A DNA stretch of 63,765 nucleotides, counting the filler, from Folioceros fuciformis (lineage: Eukaryota), in NCBI GenBank assembly GCA_049999805.1. It is 7 parts of 7 records of this genome, joined end to end, with 100 filler letters (N's around TTAATTAATTAA, not from the genome) between each part and the next. Parts side by side here need not be neighbours in the genome. Positions count along the whole stretch, not along the records: positions 35,363 to 43,887 come from JBNGIO010004430.1; positions 43,988 to 52,345 come from JBNGIO010004431.1; 5 more parts are not named here. One strand, 5' to 3'. The notes beneath the pieces are model-generated. The model made no database searches. It was not told where the DNA came from and worked only from the letters and a program-made list of their open reading frames with translations. Shown here one piece after another: positions 39,320 through 52,345 of the stretch. Each line of letters opens with the position of its first letter. Positions within the stretch are counted from its first letter, which is position 1. Both the position numbers and the translations under genes were made by a program.

Positions 39320-42300
39320 CTAGAACCCCGGCAGCAAAGACAGGTCAGCGACACCTCGAGGGAGATGCGCAATCTTGGAAAGAAGAGCAAGCCTGTTGTT
39401 GCGTAATCTCTCGTCTTCAGCCATGACGAACACCTCCGAAAAGAAGGCTTCCAGAGGGTCCACCAGAGCCTCTGACGCCTGAACAAACACATCCACGGGC
39501 ATCCCAGCCTGGACAGCACGCGAGGTTTGTTGATACGCATTCCATAGGCTCCTCTCTGCTTCCGATTCAAACAAAGCCTCGTCGATTTGCCAGGAAGGAT
39601 CCAAGGCCTTCCCACGAACGATTCTCGTTGGGCGGGCGTAAGCTGCAACCACATGGCTCAAAGATCCCCCCTTTGATAACTCCACCATCTGCTGAACTGA
39701 TTTGGATGCCAGTGTCGGAAAATTGCCACGCTCTGCGAGGATCGATCGCACAAGCTCCACATTTGCACCCCCGTCTACCAGGAGCTGCTCCAGTCTGCGT
39801 GATACGAACTGAAACACTTCGTCCAAAGTGGACTCGGGTACAGGCACAGGCTGCGCCTCTGCAGCAACGCAAAAAGCGTGTCTCAGGTCGATATCACGCC
39901 CAGACTCTACCACCGCTTGCACCAAACCGTAGGCACTGCGTCGAAGACCGAATGGATCGCCGGTAGCTGTTTGCTGGCAGTTCACGGCAAAGAGGCCCAC
40001 CAGGCTGTCTAGCCTCTGGGCGACAGCCAGAAGCACGCCTGCTGCACTTTTCGGAAGACTGTCACCAGCATATCTGGGGAGCACACTTTCAAATATGGCG
40101 TCGGCCACTGCAAGTGCAGACCCTTGCTTGAGGGAATAGTGACGCCCCATTATGCCGGCTAGCGATGTGAACTCTGTCACCATGGAAGTAGCCAAGTCGG
40201 CCATAGCTACTGCACTTGCCTCCTGTGCTGTAGCAATATCCTCGTCATTCAGTTTTAAGGCTCGGCCCAAGAGGGGCACTATCTTCTCTATCCTGTCACT
40301 CTTGTCAAGCATGGAACCAAGCTTCTCTTGAAAGGTGATGCCCTTCAATAGAGGTCGGAACTCAGCAAGAGACTTGGTCAGATCACTCTCGTAAAAGAAT
40401 CTAGCATCCTCATATCTTGCCCTCAGCACGGCCTCATTGCCCTTACGCACTACTCCTTCGTCTATGTTGCCATTTGCAACCGCAATGAAGTAAGGCAGGA
40501 GCTCACCACTCCCACCAGCCACAACAGGAAAATACCTCTGGTGTTTGCGCATCACAGTCACAAGGACGTCTGGAGGGAGTTTCAGAAAGGACTCGCCAAA
40601 TCTGCCCAGAAGAGGAGTGGGTGCCTCCACCAGGTTGGCGACCTCATCCAAAAGCCCGCCATAAACCTCTTCAGGAATGCTTCCCTGTATGCTGGCAGCC
40701 AGGGACTTACTGTCTGTCCATATGCGTTCTCTCCGTTCTTGCATGTTCAGTGTGATGCCTGATAGCTTGATAGAGGTCAAGTAGTCCTCCGCTCTTTCAA
40801 CCTGCAGAACTGGAGACGGTGAATTGCGTAGAACTCTGGAAGACCGCCCGCTGAGTATGCCAGCATAACAAAATGGAACAACCGAATCCCCGTACAGTGC
40901 AAGAAGCCACCTCAAAGGCCTACTGTAGACAGCCTGAGAGTTCCAGCGCATAGTCTTGGGGAAGGATACTTCTGCAAGTAAACCTGGAAGCTCCTCTGCC
41001 AGGACCTCCATGGCATGTCTACCAAATTCCTTCACCAAAGCATACACATACTCTGTCTTTCCATCTTCCCTGACATATAGGTCCTCTGGTTGTACTCCGT
41101 TCTTCTTGCAGAACCCTTCTGCAGCCTTAGTCGGCTTTCCATCCTTGTCAAAAGCCTTTGCAGCAGGCGGTCCTCGAACCTCTTTCTCGAGATTGTTTTG
41201 CCTTGAAGCCAAGTTCTCCACAACCACCACGAGACGCCTGGGAGTTCCCTGCACTTGCACGCTCCCGTGGTCCAGCCTCCATCTTGCCAGTCCCAACGGG
41301 AGTGCCTTTTCCAGCTGACCGACTGCACCAATCACATCCTGTGGTGGAAGCTCTTCCGAGCCAACTTCCAGCACAAAGGCCCTTGGCACCCCAGCTTGCT
41401 TCGTTGCTGCCTCCAAGGAGCCAGGAGGATGCTGCCCGGCAGCAGGCTCCTCCCATCTTCCCAGGGGAAACTCCAGAGCTTCCCTGTTCTTCACCCACAG
41501 CTGAGCACACTGACGAGCCAGTGTCCTCATCACACCAAAAAACCTAGCCCTTTCGGTCACACCTACGGCTCCCCTTGCATCAAGCACATTGAAAGCATGA
41601 GATGTCTTCAGCAGATGATCGTATGCTGGAATAGCGAGGCCCCTACTGACAAGAGCTCGTGCCTCTGCATCATAGAGCTCAAACCGCTGCTGCACCCTAT
41701 CCACATCTGCGAAGTCCAGGTTATAAGCACTCATCTCCTTCTCGTTCTCCAGAAAAAGCTCACCGTACGTGATCCCTGGAGCATACTGGATCTTCTTAAA
41801 ATGATCCACTCCCTGCACAGACATGAGAATACGCTCCAAACCATACGTGATCTCCACAGAGACCGGCAACAAGGGCATGCTTCCAGCCTGCTGGAAGTAG
41901 GTGAACTGAGTGATCTCCATCCCATCCATCCAAACCTCCCACCCTAAACCCCAGGCCCCGAGCACCGGACTTTCCCAATTGTCCTCCACAAACCGCACAT
42001 CATGCGCCTTGATGTCGATTCCCAAAGCACCCAGGCTGCCCAGATACAGCTCCTGCGAATTCCCTGGGTCCGGCTTCAAGATGACCTGGAACTGGGTGTG
42101 CCTCTGCACCCTGTTGGGGTTCTCTCCATACCGGCTGTCGTCAGGTCGAATGCTGGGCTCCACGTACGCCACATTCCAAGGCTCAGGGCCCAGCACCCGC
42201 AGAAAGGTGGCGGGATTCATGGTCCCCGCCCCGACCTCCGTGTTGCTGGACTGCATCACTGCACACCCCACCGACGCCCAGTAGTCCTGCAGCCTCTGGA

Positions 42301-42601
42301 TGGCCTGCTGGAAGGTAGGAGCCGTAGGAGCAGGACTGGTGGCGATGCTCGTGGGGGTGGCGGCCTCCTGCGTCTGCACGGCCGTGACGGCACATCTACC
42401 CCGCCCGCTCTCCACCTTCTGCCGACCAGCCCCGGTTGCGGCAGCAGCCCAGCTCCATGGCGACAGCTGCCCGCTCAGGCTTGCCCTCCGCAAGCTGTGG
42501 AACGACTTGCCTCCACTTGGAGCAGCCTTGCCAAACAGGCAGCTCAGCACAAACCAGTTGGCCGCCCGTGGACAGGCCAGGAGAGTGCCGTGAGGTGCCA
42601 T
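39320..42601 (-). CDS. EDD1: Organellar glycyl-tRNA synthetase, fused alpha+beta (GlyQS type), 1093 aa, single exon
   Basis: Transit-like N-terminus, [43 protein letters not shown] (alpha), [38 protein letters not shown] (beta) in one uninterrupted ORF. Confidence 0.97.
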   Translation of the reverse strand: MAPHGTLLACPRAANWFVLSCLFGKAAPSGGKSFHSLRRASLSGQLSPWSWAAAATGAGRQKVESGRGRCAVTAVQTQEAATPTSIATSPAPTAPTFQQAIQRLQDYWASVGCAVMQSSNTEVGAGTMNPATFLRVLGPEPWNVAYVEPSIRPDDSRYGENPNRVQRHTQFQVILKPDPGNSQELYLGSLGALGIDIKAHDVRFVEDNWESPVLGAWGLGWEVWMDGMEITQFTYFQQAGSMPLLPVSVEITYGLERILMSVQGVDHFKKIQYAPGITYGELFLENEKEMSAYNLDFADVDRVQQRFELYDAEARALVSRGLAIPAYDHLLKTSHAFNVLDARGAVGVTERARFFGVMRTLARQCAQLWVKNREALEFPLGRWEEPAAGQHPPGSLEAATKQAGVPRAFVLEVGSEELPPQDVIGAVGQLEKALPLGLARWRLDHGSVQVQGTPRRLVVVVENLASRQNNLEKEVRGPPAAKAFDKDGKPTKAAEGFCKKNGVQPEDLYVREDGKTEYVYALVKEFGRHAMEVLAEELPGLLAEVSFPKTMRWNSQAVYSRPLRWLLALYGDSVVPFCYAGILSGRSSRVLRNSPSPVLQVERAEDYLTSIKLSGITLNMQERRERIWTDSKSLAASIQGSIPEEVYGGLLDEVANLVEAPTPLLGRFGESFLKLPPDVLVTVMRKHQRYFPVVAGGSGELLPYFIAVANGNIDEGVVRKGNEAVLRARYEDARFFYESDLTKSLAEFRPLLKGITFQEKLGSMLDKSDRIEKIVPLLGRALKLNDEDIATAQEASAVAMADLATSMVTEFTSLAGIMGRHYSLKQGSALAVADAIFESVLPRYAGDSLPKSAAGVLLAVAQRLDSLVGLFAVNCQQTATGDPFGLRRSAYGLVQAVVESGRDIDLRHAFCVAAEAQPVPVPESTLDEVFQFVSRRLEQLLVDGGANVELVRSILAERGNFPTLASKSVQQMVELSKGGSLSHVVAAYARPTRIVRGKALDPSWQIDEALFESEAERSLWNAYQQTSRAVQAGMPVDVFVQASEALVDPLEAFFSEVFVMAEDERLRNNRLALLSKIAHLPRGVADLSLLPGF

Positions 42602-43987
42602 GCAGGGTCGAGGAAGGAGCAGCTACCCTCCCCTCTCGCATCAAACGAACACGCTCTGCATCACATTCCTATCCACGCACTCCGTCCAGAAGCCTCTGCT
42701 GCCATAGCTGGACTGCTCTGTGAGCATGGCATGTGTTAGAACCTCAATTTACGTGTGCCTGCGTCCATATTCTGGTAGAACGAACACCATGTTGCACCAC
42801 ACAAGGTGAACTTTCCGAGCCTCATATCTCTTCAATACATACATGCCTTGCGCTTTCAAAGAAGTGCTGGGCCATACATTTACACTATCGAGCTGAGCTT
42901 CAGTAATCTCAGTCGCTCACCCTATGCGCTCACATCAGAGCGCTGCCAGGAAATGGCATTGAGGAAGCAATCTACCTGGGTGAGTGGAGCATCCATTGCC
43001 GATTGCACTTTTCTTGAAAACCACTTGCCCTTGTCTTCTGGCACATCTCAAGACATGGGCAGAACTAAAAATGTGCACACCCCTTGCTTCCGCTAGTGCG
43101 TACATAACTGTTGCTTTCTACAGGTCCAAAACTTATGGTAATAGGACTACTGCCCATGGACTTTCCTTTGTCCTGCATTCCTATTTCATTCAACTAAAGG
43201 ACTAAGTATAATTGGGATTGATAATACACACTAATTTAGGGATTTGTAATCTTTGAGCGTTCTTTTAAATATTTTGGTAGAACTTAATCATGTGGTTATG
43301 TTAAAATATGATTTGGATACTCTTCTTGTATAGGCACATGCTGCAAAAGGATGAAAGTATAATGGGATACTCGTGCAGGTTGTTTGTTGATCAAATCCTC
43401 AAATGGATAGAACTACAGTGGAACATTTGCACTAATCGTTGTGGAAGAATTATTATGAGGAAGGGACTAGGTATGAATATTAAATCAACAAAGATATAGT
43501 TAAGCAAGAATCATACTTTCTAAATAACGGAAGATAATAATGGGCAACAATCGTTGAACCACAAACCTAATGATATGAAAAATACGATGCCAACTCAATC
43601 GAAGCAAGCAAAATGATGATTGCTAACTGTAAATAACATGGTTAGAATTGCAAAATAATGGTTAACAAAAGAATAATTGAAGGAAAGAAAAAATAATGAC
43701 ACATAACACAAGCAATAAGTGCATAGCTCTGCAAAACGGACACAAAAGCTTGAGTGTTAGAGTAGAATGATAGTTTGGAGTGCAAAAGGATGATACATAT
43801 TACTAAAAAAGAGATGGAAAATCTCATTTACCCCGAAGATGAGGAGGAATAACCCAAAGAGGGGCAAAGGATGGGGAGGAATAACCCNNNNNNNNNNNNN
43901 NNNNNNNNNNNNNNNNNNNNNNNNNNNNNNNTTAATTAATTAANNNNNNNNNNNNNNNNNNNNNNNNNNNNNNNNNNNNNNNNNNNN

Positions 43988-45772
43988 GGCCGAGGGGTGC
44001 CGCGCCGATCTGAGCCAGGCCAAGCACTACCATCGCCGCCACAAGGTGTGCGAATTGCACTCCAAGGCCGCCAATGTCATCGCCGCCGGCCACACTCAGC
44101 GCTTCTGTCAGCAATGCAGCAGGTGGGTCATGTTCTTCCTCCTCTCTCGCCCATACTCACCTTGCTAGGCCTGCAATGCAAGTAAGGAAAGGAATCCAAT
44201 GTCCATCGCATCGGAGTGCTCTTGTGTGTTGTGTGGCGTGGTGTGGGTGTGGAGTCGTGTTGTTTTGTGCTGTGTTGTGTTGTGTTGTGTTGCTTTGCGC
44301 TGCGCTATGTTGTGTTGTGTTGTGCTGTGCGGTGTTGTGTTGTGCTTTGCTGTGTTGTGCTATGCTGTGCTGTGCTGTAATCTGCTGAGCTGAGAGAAGC
44401 GCTAGCGCTGCTTGCGTCCTTCCCCACGCTTGCTTTTGTTTTCATGCATGTCTTGTTGTGCGTCGTCTCCTTGTTTTCTGCGTACCAGCCAACCTGACGC
44501 TGCTCCCCTTTTTCTACTCTTGTTTGCGCTTAAAATATGATGTCATCTCATCGCATGTTTCTTGCCTTCCTTCCCTTCCGCATCTGCTTTGCAATGCCAT
44601 GCACTGCAGGTCCCGGGCAGCGAACATATTGACGTTGCTGATCTGATTTGGGTGCGATGCACGGATCTTGTATGTGTTTGGATGCTAATTGGATCCCATT
44701 TTGATCGATGCCTGTCGGCTGCCGCAGGTTCCACCTGCTGTCGGAATTCGATGAGGGCAAGAGGAGCTGCCGCAAGCGGCTGGCGGATCACAACCGGCGG
44801 CGGCGCAAACCACAGCCCACGGTCTCGGCGGGCGGAACTTCGGGGGAGTCCATGTCCGGCATGGTCAAGGTGGAAGAGGGAGATCATCCCGGCAACGCTC
44901 GGGTGAACGTGAACGGTAAAATTGAGCCGTGTCATTTTCGTCTCTGCTAAGCCGTCTTCTTCCTCCTCCTCCTCATCACCATCTTCTCCTTGTTGCAACT
45001 CTGCATCGATCGAGGCAGACAGACACCTCTTTCTCCCCGGATGTGCAGGTTCAGGGGGCCCTTTGCACCGATCAGCTCCAGGGTATGTGCGGCCCGATGA
45101 GAGGATGCAGTCGATCATGCTGCCAGGTAACACACCCATGGAGCGTGAAGCGTGAAACGTGCTGCTGCTTTTCCTGTATCTGCTGTGAGACGTGAACGAG
45201 TTTGAACGCAACCGCAACTGCAACTGTCTTGATGTTCTAGCAGAGCGAACGAAAGCGAGGAAAGCACAGCACAGCACAGTGGAGGAAAGAGGCAAAGCTT
45301 GCTAGCTTTGCCTCTTTCCTTCTGTCCTTCGTGAACTCCATGGACTGAACCCAACTGAAGTGCGTTGCTTGATTCTTGTTGTTGCCGTTAAACGTGGACT
45401 CCAGGTGGGCTGGCTTTGGGAACCCAAGGGCGGCAGGCGAGCTCGGACAGCTACAACGGAGTGCAACAGGGAGTTCCATGGCTGAGGCCGATGGGGGCTC
45501 GGGCGGCGGAGACCATGACGGGGCAGAGCATTCCGAGGCCGGCCATTAGCCTGCAGCCCGGGACGGGCTCAGGGGGGAGCGTGAACGTGAACGTGACTGT
45601 GAACGACGGATCGAGCGCAGCCCAGGTGTACTCGCAGACTCTTCTGGCCAGTGCGATTCCGTCCAGGTCCGACATGGGGGCATCGGACCAGTGGATGCTG
45701 GGGAGCTTGCAGGCAGCGCAGGCCCAGGCCCAGGCCCAGGCGCAGGCGCAGGCCCAGGCCCAGGCCCAGGCC

Positions 45773-45819
<47 letters not shown>

Positions 45820-45829
45820 NNNNNNNNNN

Positions 45830-45876
<47 letters not shown>

Positions 45877-46246
45877 CCAAGCCCAGGCCCAGGCCCAGGG
45901 GCAGGGACAGGCACAAGGACAAGGGCAGCAAGGGCAGGGACAGGGCCAGGGAAGTACCAACCGAGAGCAGCAGCTGGAGAGCAACCAGATGCTGCCTCTG
46001 CTGGGACCTGAGTCTCGGACCTCGACAGATTCCAACCAGACTGCCCGATCTGCAGTCGAGTTTCTCCACCAGCAGCAGCAGCAGCAACAGCAGCAACAGC
46101 AGCAGTCGGGGTCTGAGACCACGGATGGCACCCGCTCCGCCGGCGCCACCACCCAGGCAGAGATCAAGTACCCGGATCTGCAGGCTCTGGCTCGTCCATT
46201 CGGCTCCTCCTCCATGATCTATGACGCGCAACACAATATTTTGTAA
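43988..46246 (+). CDS. SPL: SBP-box transcription factor, SPL8-like (clade III type), 5' end cut; QA and polyQ repeats in last exon
   Basis: [62 protein letters not shown] with the conserved SBP intron. No clear miR156 site seen. Confidence 0.92.
44225..44378 (+). repeat. (TGTGT/TGTGC)n pentamer microsatellite in SBP intron
   Basis: Directly visible. Confidence 0.9.
45710..45950 (+). repeat. Coding (CAGGCN)n hexamer repeat encoding (QA)n then (QG)n
   Basis: In frame with the SPL last exon, with a collapsed 10-N gap inside. Confidence 0.9.
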
Positions 46247-46570
46247 GCTGCATGTCAATCACGTGATTTTTTGTCGCTGGTATGCTCTCTTCTTCCTCTC
46301 CTCCTCTCACCACTGATCATATGCCTGAATGCATGTCTTCACAAGTGTATGTGTGGGTGGGTGAATGATATGTACTGTAGCTCTGCTCACTCCTGATATG
46401 TCATCCCCGCTGATCAGGCTGCGTGTTACCGATCCTCTGATACGTGTGATGCTGGGTTTATGCCTGAGCAGGACTAATGGAGTGTCTCATTTCATGGTGG
46501 GGTGAGAAGCGGCCACTTCCAAATCCAGGCAAGTTCTGGTTGCGTTCATTCCGGTACAAGCATTGATCTT

Positions 46571-46820
46571 TGGGTCTGGGTCTGGGTCTGGGTCTGGGTC
46601 TGGGCCTGGGTCTGGGTCTGGGTCTGGGCCTGGGTCTAGGTCTAGGTCTAGGTCTAGGTCTAGGTCCAGGTCTAGCTCTTGCTCGAGCTCGAGCTCGAGG
46701 TCTAGCTCGAGCTCGAGCTCTAGCTCTAGCTCTAGCTCTAGCTCTAGCTCTAGCTCTAGCTCNNNNNNNNNNGCTCTAGCTCTAGCTCTAGCTCTAGCTC
46801 TAGCTCTAGCTCTAGCTCTG
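46571..46820 (+). repeat. Compound hexamer microsatellite (GGGTCT)n-(AGGTCT)n-(AGCTCG)n-(AGCTCT)n
   Basis: Directly visible stepwise change of unit. Confidence 0.93.
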
Positions 46821-49800
46821 GCCCGGGTTCCGACCATCATAAATGCTTCCCGTCTGTCGCTTTCCTCATCGGTCTTAGTCCCTGCAGTCTTAAGTCTCAG
46901 GCGGTCAATCACAGTCCAGGACCCTCCTTCCATGGACTCCGTCGTTGTTGTCACTGTAACACTGTCGTCCTTGGGTAAATGCAATGTATGGATCTCTTTG
47001 CCGACTCCCGCGATGCTCTTGAGCAGACGACGGTAACTTGCGTGTGCCTCGTGAACTGGTCTTGCAGGTAGGGGGCAGGAGCAACCGAGGTTCAATCTAG
47101 CCGGCCTTGCCTGTGGGCGATCTTGCGTAGTTAGAAAAAGCCTGCATGCATTTGTCGGTGGAGTTTTTGTTGTCTCTGAAGCTGGTTGCTCTCTCACAGA
47201 CAATCGCCCCCCGACATCTGACTCTTAAGTATATTTATGAATGACTGACTGACTCTTTGACACCATGATCCGCTCGGACGAACTTTGCTTAGGAACTCGC
47301 ATGATGCACACTATATCTATTCTGTTGAACATGAGCAGAAGCAGGCCTCGGTCATACGTGCGTGCGTGAAAATCCCACACCCACTTTTCTGTAGACAGAC
47401 AACTTCATGGTCTTCTGCTTGCAACATAGATACACGGCAGATCTTCCCTCCTCGGTTCGTTCCTGCTGCCCTCGGTTCCAGAGACTTGGGACTGACTGCC
47501 TTGCAGCAGCATCAGCAGGCTCTCAAAATCTCAACCAACCCTTGACTGCAGGGGAAGTGGCAGAAAAGGAAATAATGTCTGCTAATGTGGTTATTCCTCC
47601 GACCACCTTCCTCCTCCCAGACCTTCCTGCTGGCCCGCCACCATCTCGCAGGTGGGGTAGCTGAGGCGGGCTGGCCTGGGGCCCAGCCAGGGCATGCAAG
47701 TACAGCCGATTGCCCACCTGGCAAGGGTGGTTTGGCAAAGCCGCCATAACTGGGAGGTCATTGGAGCTTAGGAAGCGAGTTTTGGTTGCGACTTCACACC
47801 TTCACGTCCTTCTTGTTTTGCGTAAACCTGCAGCAAGAGGAGAGCTTGGGAGTGGAGACAAGACAGGTGTGGGGCAGTCTAGAGCACAGCTCAAATCCTG
47901 GGGCTTGAGGGGCAGGCAAACAACTTGAGGCAGAGGGAGAGGCAAAGGGGCAGCGGGAAAGACACAAGAGGATATCTTTGTCTATCTCAAGTGGGTAACC
48001 TCGAAAAGCAAGCGTGGCCCCCACTCACGAGGACTGTGTGTACTGACCTTGCTGCCTGTACTGCTCTGGTGCTTGTACCGCCATGGACCTGCCTGAATGG
48101 ACTGCTCGGAAGGCCGATCAAGCATGCCATTTGGTGGATGTACATTCAGAGCCTGCTTTATTATGCTATCCCTTGAGCACCACTGCGCTTTCGCCATCGC
48201 CAATGATTCCAACCAGCTCACTCTAACTGGCCACAACAAGCCGGACTTCAGGCAAGGCGAGGCAAGGGCAAGGGAATGGGGACATATGCACCGACCATGA
48301 CTCTGACCATGACCATAGAGTCCATGGAAGCAGCTATGCCCATTGGCAAGTACAAGGGCCATGTGGCAATCCATTCTGCCTCCGTCCACGTATCCACCCA
48401 GCCCTGTCTTGTTCACGAGAAGAGCCGGCCTGGAGCAAGAGCAGGGATCTGTGGATCTGTATCCCCACAGTGTATAGCGTATTTTAAGGCCTAGTACGAC
48501 TTGGACACATTTTGCTCGTTGACCCTGTAGATTACACTTCATTGCATGATCCCCTGCTCGCTTTGCCAGTACCCTTCTTCTGCATGAAGGCGGAAAGGGA
48601 AGGAAGGTGGGTGCAAGCAACCAAGGCGGCCAGCCAGCCAGCAAACCATCTTTTTACCTTTTTCTGTGTTTGCTGCTTTACAGACCTGCACTGGCCTTTT
48701 GTGGCAAGCCTCACGGCACAGTGTGCTTCCTGGGGAGAGAGTGTTGGTTTCGTTTGTTGTCGTTGTTTGTTGATGTTGTTGAGAAGCAGCAGGTGTTGGT
48801 TTGCATCGAATGGCGTGTACCACTAGGGCACCTGTTGGTTGGGATTGATGGTGGCGAGGCGAGGCCATGCCAGACAAGAACTAGCATGCATGTGTGTGCA
48901 CGCACTGTGAGTGTGTTGTATTTATCTCTATCTCTGTGCAGCAAAACAGAGCCTGGTAAGTGACGACGTGACATCTTGTATCAGTTTCCACATAGATACT
49001 GGCAGAGATACCAGAGAGAGAAGCCAGTTCCCTGAACAGAACCAGCTATCATGGAAGATATGGTTACTGGACGGACATTCTTCGGTGGCTTCTATAGAGA
49101 CCTTCACCCGCCGTTTCGTATTCATTTCGTCGCATGTTTCTCGAACATTGGGCTACTACTATACATGTACATAACAATTACCTGCGGCAACGCATGGAGA
49201 TCTGTCTCAAGTGCCATCCTTGGGAGGCGGTCTATGCAGGTTGCCCTGTTGCCTGTTTTGGACCAACTTGTGCTGCATCTTCCTCGATGCCTGTCGAAGC
49301 AGATGATGGTACATCATCCACTCCCCCCCTTGTCTCCCTATTCCGACCCTTCGCGTGACCCAAGAGCGTGATGGGTCGGGATACGGAAACGTGACTGCAA
49401 TCATGCTCCAGATTTCTTATATGACGCTGGTGGATTGCTTGTGAAGTGAAAAATTTTGCTTGCCTGCAAGCTCCAGTTCAGAGTCTCTTTGTCCTGAGAA
49501 CCTTCACATTTCATCCACCCTTTGAGGAGGGCACACCGCGAAGTGACACCCACTTCTCTTTACCACGTTGCGGCATAAACTAGCATCTAGATCATGGTAC
49601 AATGGAGGGAGACTGATGGCAGGAATCAGCCTCAAGAATTGATGACGAAGACATGTGTCTGCTACCTGACTGACACATGTGTGCGGAAAACGGTACAACG
49701 CATATACAAGGAGCACAGCTGACAGAGACTTAAGCCGGGCTCCTGCGATACACACGGGCATCGTGACATACAGCAGCACCTTGATAAAAGTGCAACCACG

Positions 49801-50313
49801 AAACCCCAAGAAAAAACTGTATCGCATTACAAAAGGCAATAGTACTTAAGATAGAAGTAACCATGGTCCTGCTACAGGCCCCGGAAATGTTGGCAGCACT
49901 CCACACACACAACACAACACAACACAACACACACACACACACAGCAATAGTCAAGGGTTGCTGCCTGCAAGAAAATTCAGAAGAAAGCCAAGCAAGAAAA
50001 ACACAAACAGGACAAGGAAAACCAAAACCGCAGCTTTGGTCTGCAACATAGTATTGGGAAAGCTAGTACTGCCCATTATCACAAGCCAAAAAAACTTGGG
50101 GAGTATCACTTTTGAGATGCCAAATAGCAGAGCAAGACCATACAACAACACCAGCAACAACAGCAACCAGCCAAGCCGACGATCAGTTCCGTTAAATGTC
50201 AGCTGCAAATCCCGATTAGAGGACATGCAACCCCACTCAAGGCAAAGTTTACCCCAAGAAAAAAAGCTAGGAAGCAGGCAAGATAGCGGCAAATCTGCTG
50301 AGAAAGCACAGTA

Positions 50314-52345
50314 CTATAGCATCTGCTGGGTATCAAACATGGACGGTTCAAAACTCCTCATAGGGAAATCAGAAAACTGCCCATTTTGAGACTGCAGGGT
50401 GCCCCTCCGAGTCCCATGATGGTTGTTCTGGGACTGTGGGGAAGGCAGCTGCATCAGGTCAATAGTTGGACGCACATGCTGAGAGTTGGCACTATGAAGA
50501 GCTCGCAACTCCTGACCTTGCAGCAGAGCCAGCATAGAGTGGTTGCCGCCAAAATCTCCAAAGCCGGTGAGGAAGGGACTTGGACCTGGTTGATGGTCTC
50601 GGTCCCCAGAGTTGGAACCATTCATAGACAGACCTCCAGAGACTCCCAAGTTTCCTGGAGAAAGAGGCTGTAGAGGGAGCTTCTCAACCAGGGGAGAAAA
50701 GTGCTGTTGCCCTCCAGCTGAACTGCCAGACATCAACTGATGGGCTACTAAAGGTGCCCGGTTCTCAGCAAGCAGTTGATCCAGTGTCAAGGTAGAGGAC
50801 CGAGGTGAGCGGTCCAGAGACACCGGGCCGGGAGCTCTGGGCCCCCATGGCTGAGATGACAGAAGAGAGAGAGCACGCCCAGAGTCAGATATTCCTGATA
50901 GATCCTGGGAGGCTGGTGTGGCCTCCAGGCCTGCAAGGACAGCTGCCCCTGAAGATGGTGACAGAGTCAGGCCCTGGCCAATCTGACCTGACACTTGCAA
51001 AAATTGGTGGACTCCTGAACCTGCCATGCCACTGGTGATGGGTGGTATGTGACCTTTTGAGCTGCTCTGCAAAAGCATCCGCATTCTGTCTGCTGGAGTT
51101 GCAGGGTGCCCTAGAGGCACTCTTGACAGGTAAGTCTGTCTCTCTGCAGACGCAACTTGCATCGGACAAGGAAGACTTGATTGGTCATCCATTCTCCCCA
51201 TTCCTGACCACGGGCTCTTCCCATGGTTCAGCTTTAGGATGTTTCCCAACGAATTCACGTTGTCATCCGAATCCTCTATGGAAGTGGAGGAAGAAGGACC
51301 TCCCCGATGGTGCATGAAACAGCCTCGGTCCCCCAAGTTACTGCGCTTGTCATCTGCTCCACGTGCCATCCAATACAACGCCCACCCACACACAAGCTGT
51401 GGCATAAGTACTTGCACAGGTAACAACAACAGATATGTACACAGCTCACTGCATCATATACACACACACACTGAGCTATGCATGCAGTCGGTAAAAAATT
51501 CTCGATACACACGCAGGAGGGCAGATAAACATGAATCTAGCAATCACAACTACGTGACTACTACTGCAAGAAAACACCATCCCAGAGCGCCTGCACAGCA
51601 GCCCAAACCTGAGCAGACTCCTAGGAGGAAGGGCAGTGAATAGAGTTACCATCCCCATAGAAGCTGGCGTTCGGCAGAGAAGGGTTGACGCAAGTGATTG
51701 CTGGACCAGTGTCAGGCTGTGGCTTCCTCCTTCGTTCATTGTGGCCTGCAAGCCGTCTTCTGCAGCTTCTCTTCCCCTCGTCAAACTCCCCAAGTTCATG
51801 AAACCTGAAGCACGGGCACACACAGCCACAACCCACATGAGCTGACTTCGCCAACACAGCCGACAACCCAGAGAAGGAATGGGAATTGCCGGAATCCAGA
51901 AATACTTCCTCCAGTTGCCGGGAGAAGAATGGTACGAAAGACCCTAAAAATGCGTGGAAGAGAACATAAAAGCGAATGGATTGTGACGAACCGGCTGCAC
52001 TGCTGACAGAAGCGCTGCTCTTGTTTGTTGACGGTCACCTTGGCAGCCTTGGAATGCTGCTCGCAGACCTTGTGCCGGCGATGGTACTCCTTGGCGTTGG
52101 ACAGGTCTGCCTTGCAATTTTCCACCTGGCATTTCGGCGTTTGAATTGCAGGAGGCTGGGATCTGGGCTTCTTCCCCGGCGGGGAGCCTGCGAAGCCAGG
52201 AGACGAAGCGGCTGCCCGGCCGCCTCCTGCCGACGACGCATTCCCGTCCTCGAGGTACGTCCTCCGACCAAGCCCAAGTCTGAGCCCCAAAGGTGATTCT
52301 CCCACCACAGTCCCCCCGTTGCTGTGAGCTCCGGCTTCCTTCCCC
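50314..52345 (-). CDS. SPL: SBP-box transcription factor of the miR156/529-targeted clade, 5' end cut
   Basis: [86 protein letters not shown]. Confidence 0.95.
50857..50876 (-). promoter_or_regulatory. miR156/157 target site (overlapping miR529/miR535-like complementarity)
   Basis: Sense strand GTGCTCTCTCTCTTCTGTCA encoding ALSLLS, the canonical SPL miR156 response element. Confidence 0.95.

Noticed and set aside
39320..42601. Bacterial contamination or recent HGT of glyQS
   Set aside because: Plant-type transit peptide and EDD1-like sequence, on the same scaffold as an intron-containing plant gene
46383..46410. TGCTCACTCCTGATATGTCA resembling a miR156 site or mimic downstream of the SPL8-like gene
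   Set aside because: Several mismatches in the seed-pairing region and no partner arm for a hairpin
45451..47203. Long alternative-frame ORFs (CA, RH, GT, EL, GS repeats)
   Set aside because: By-products of stop-free hexamer repeats
48160..48535. miR390-site-like (TGCTATCCCTTGAGC) and tasiARF-like (TTGACCCTGTAG) strings suggesting a TAS3 locus
   Set aside because: 2-nt deletion in the site, weak tasiARF match and no second miR390 site
46250..50310. GTAC SBP-binding cores between the SPL genes
   Set aside because: Count is about the random expectation for a 4-mer
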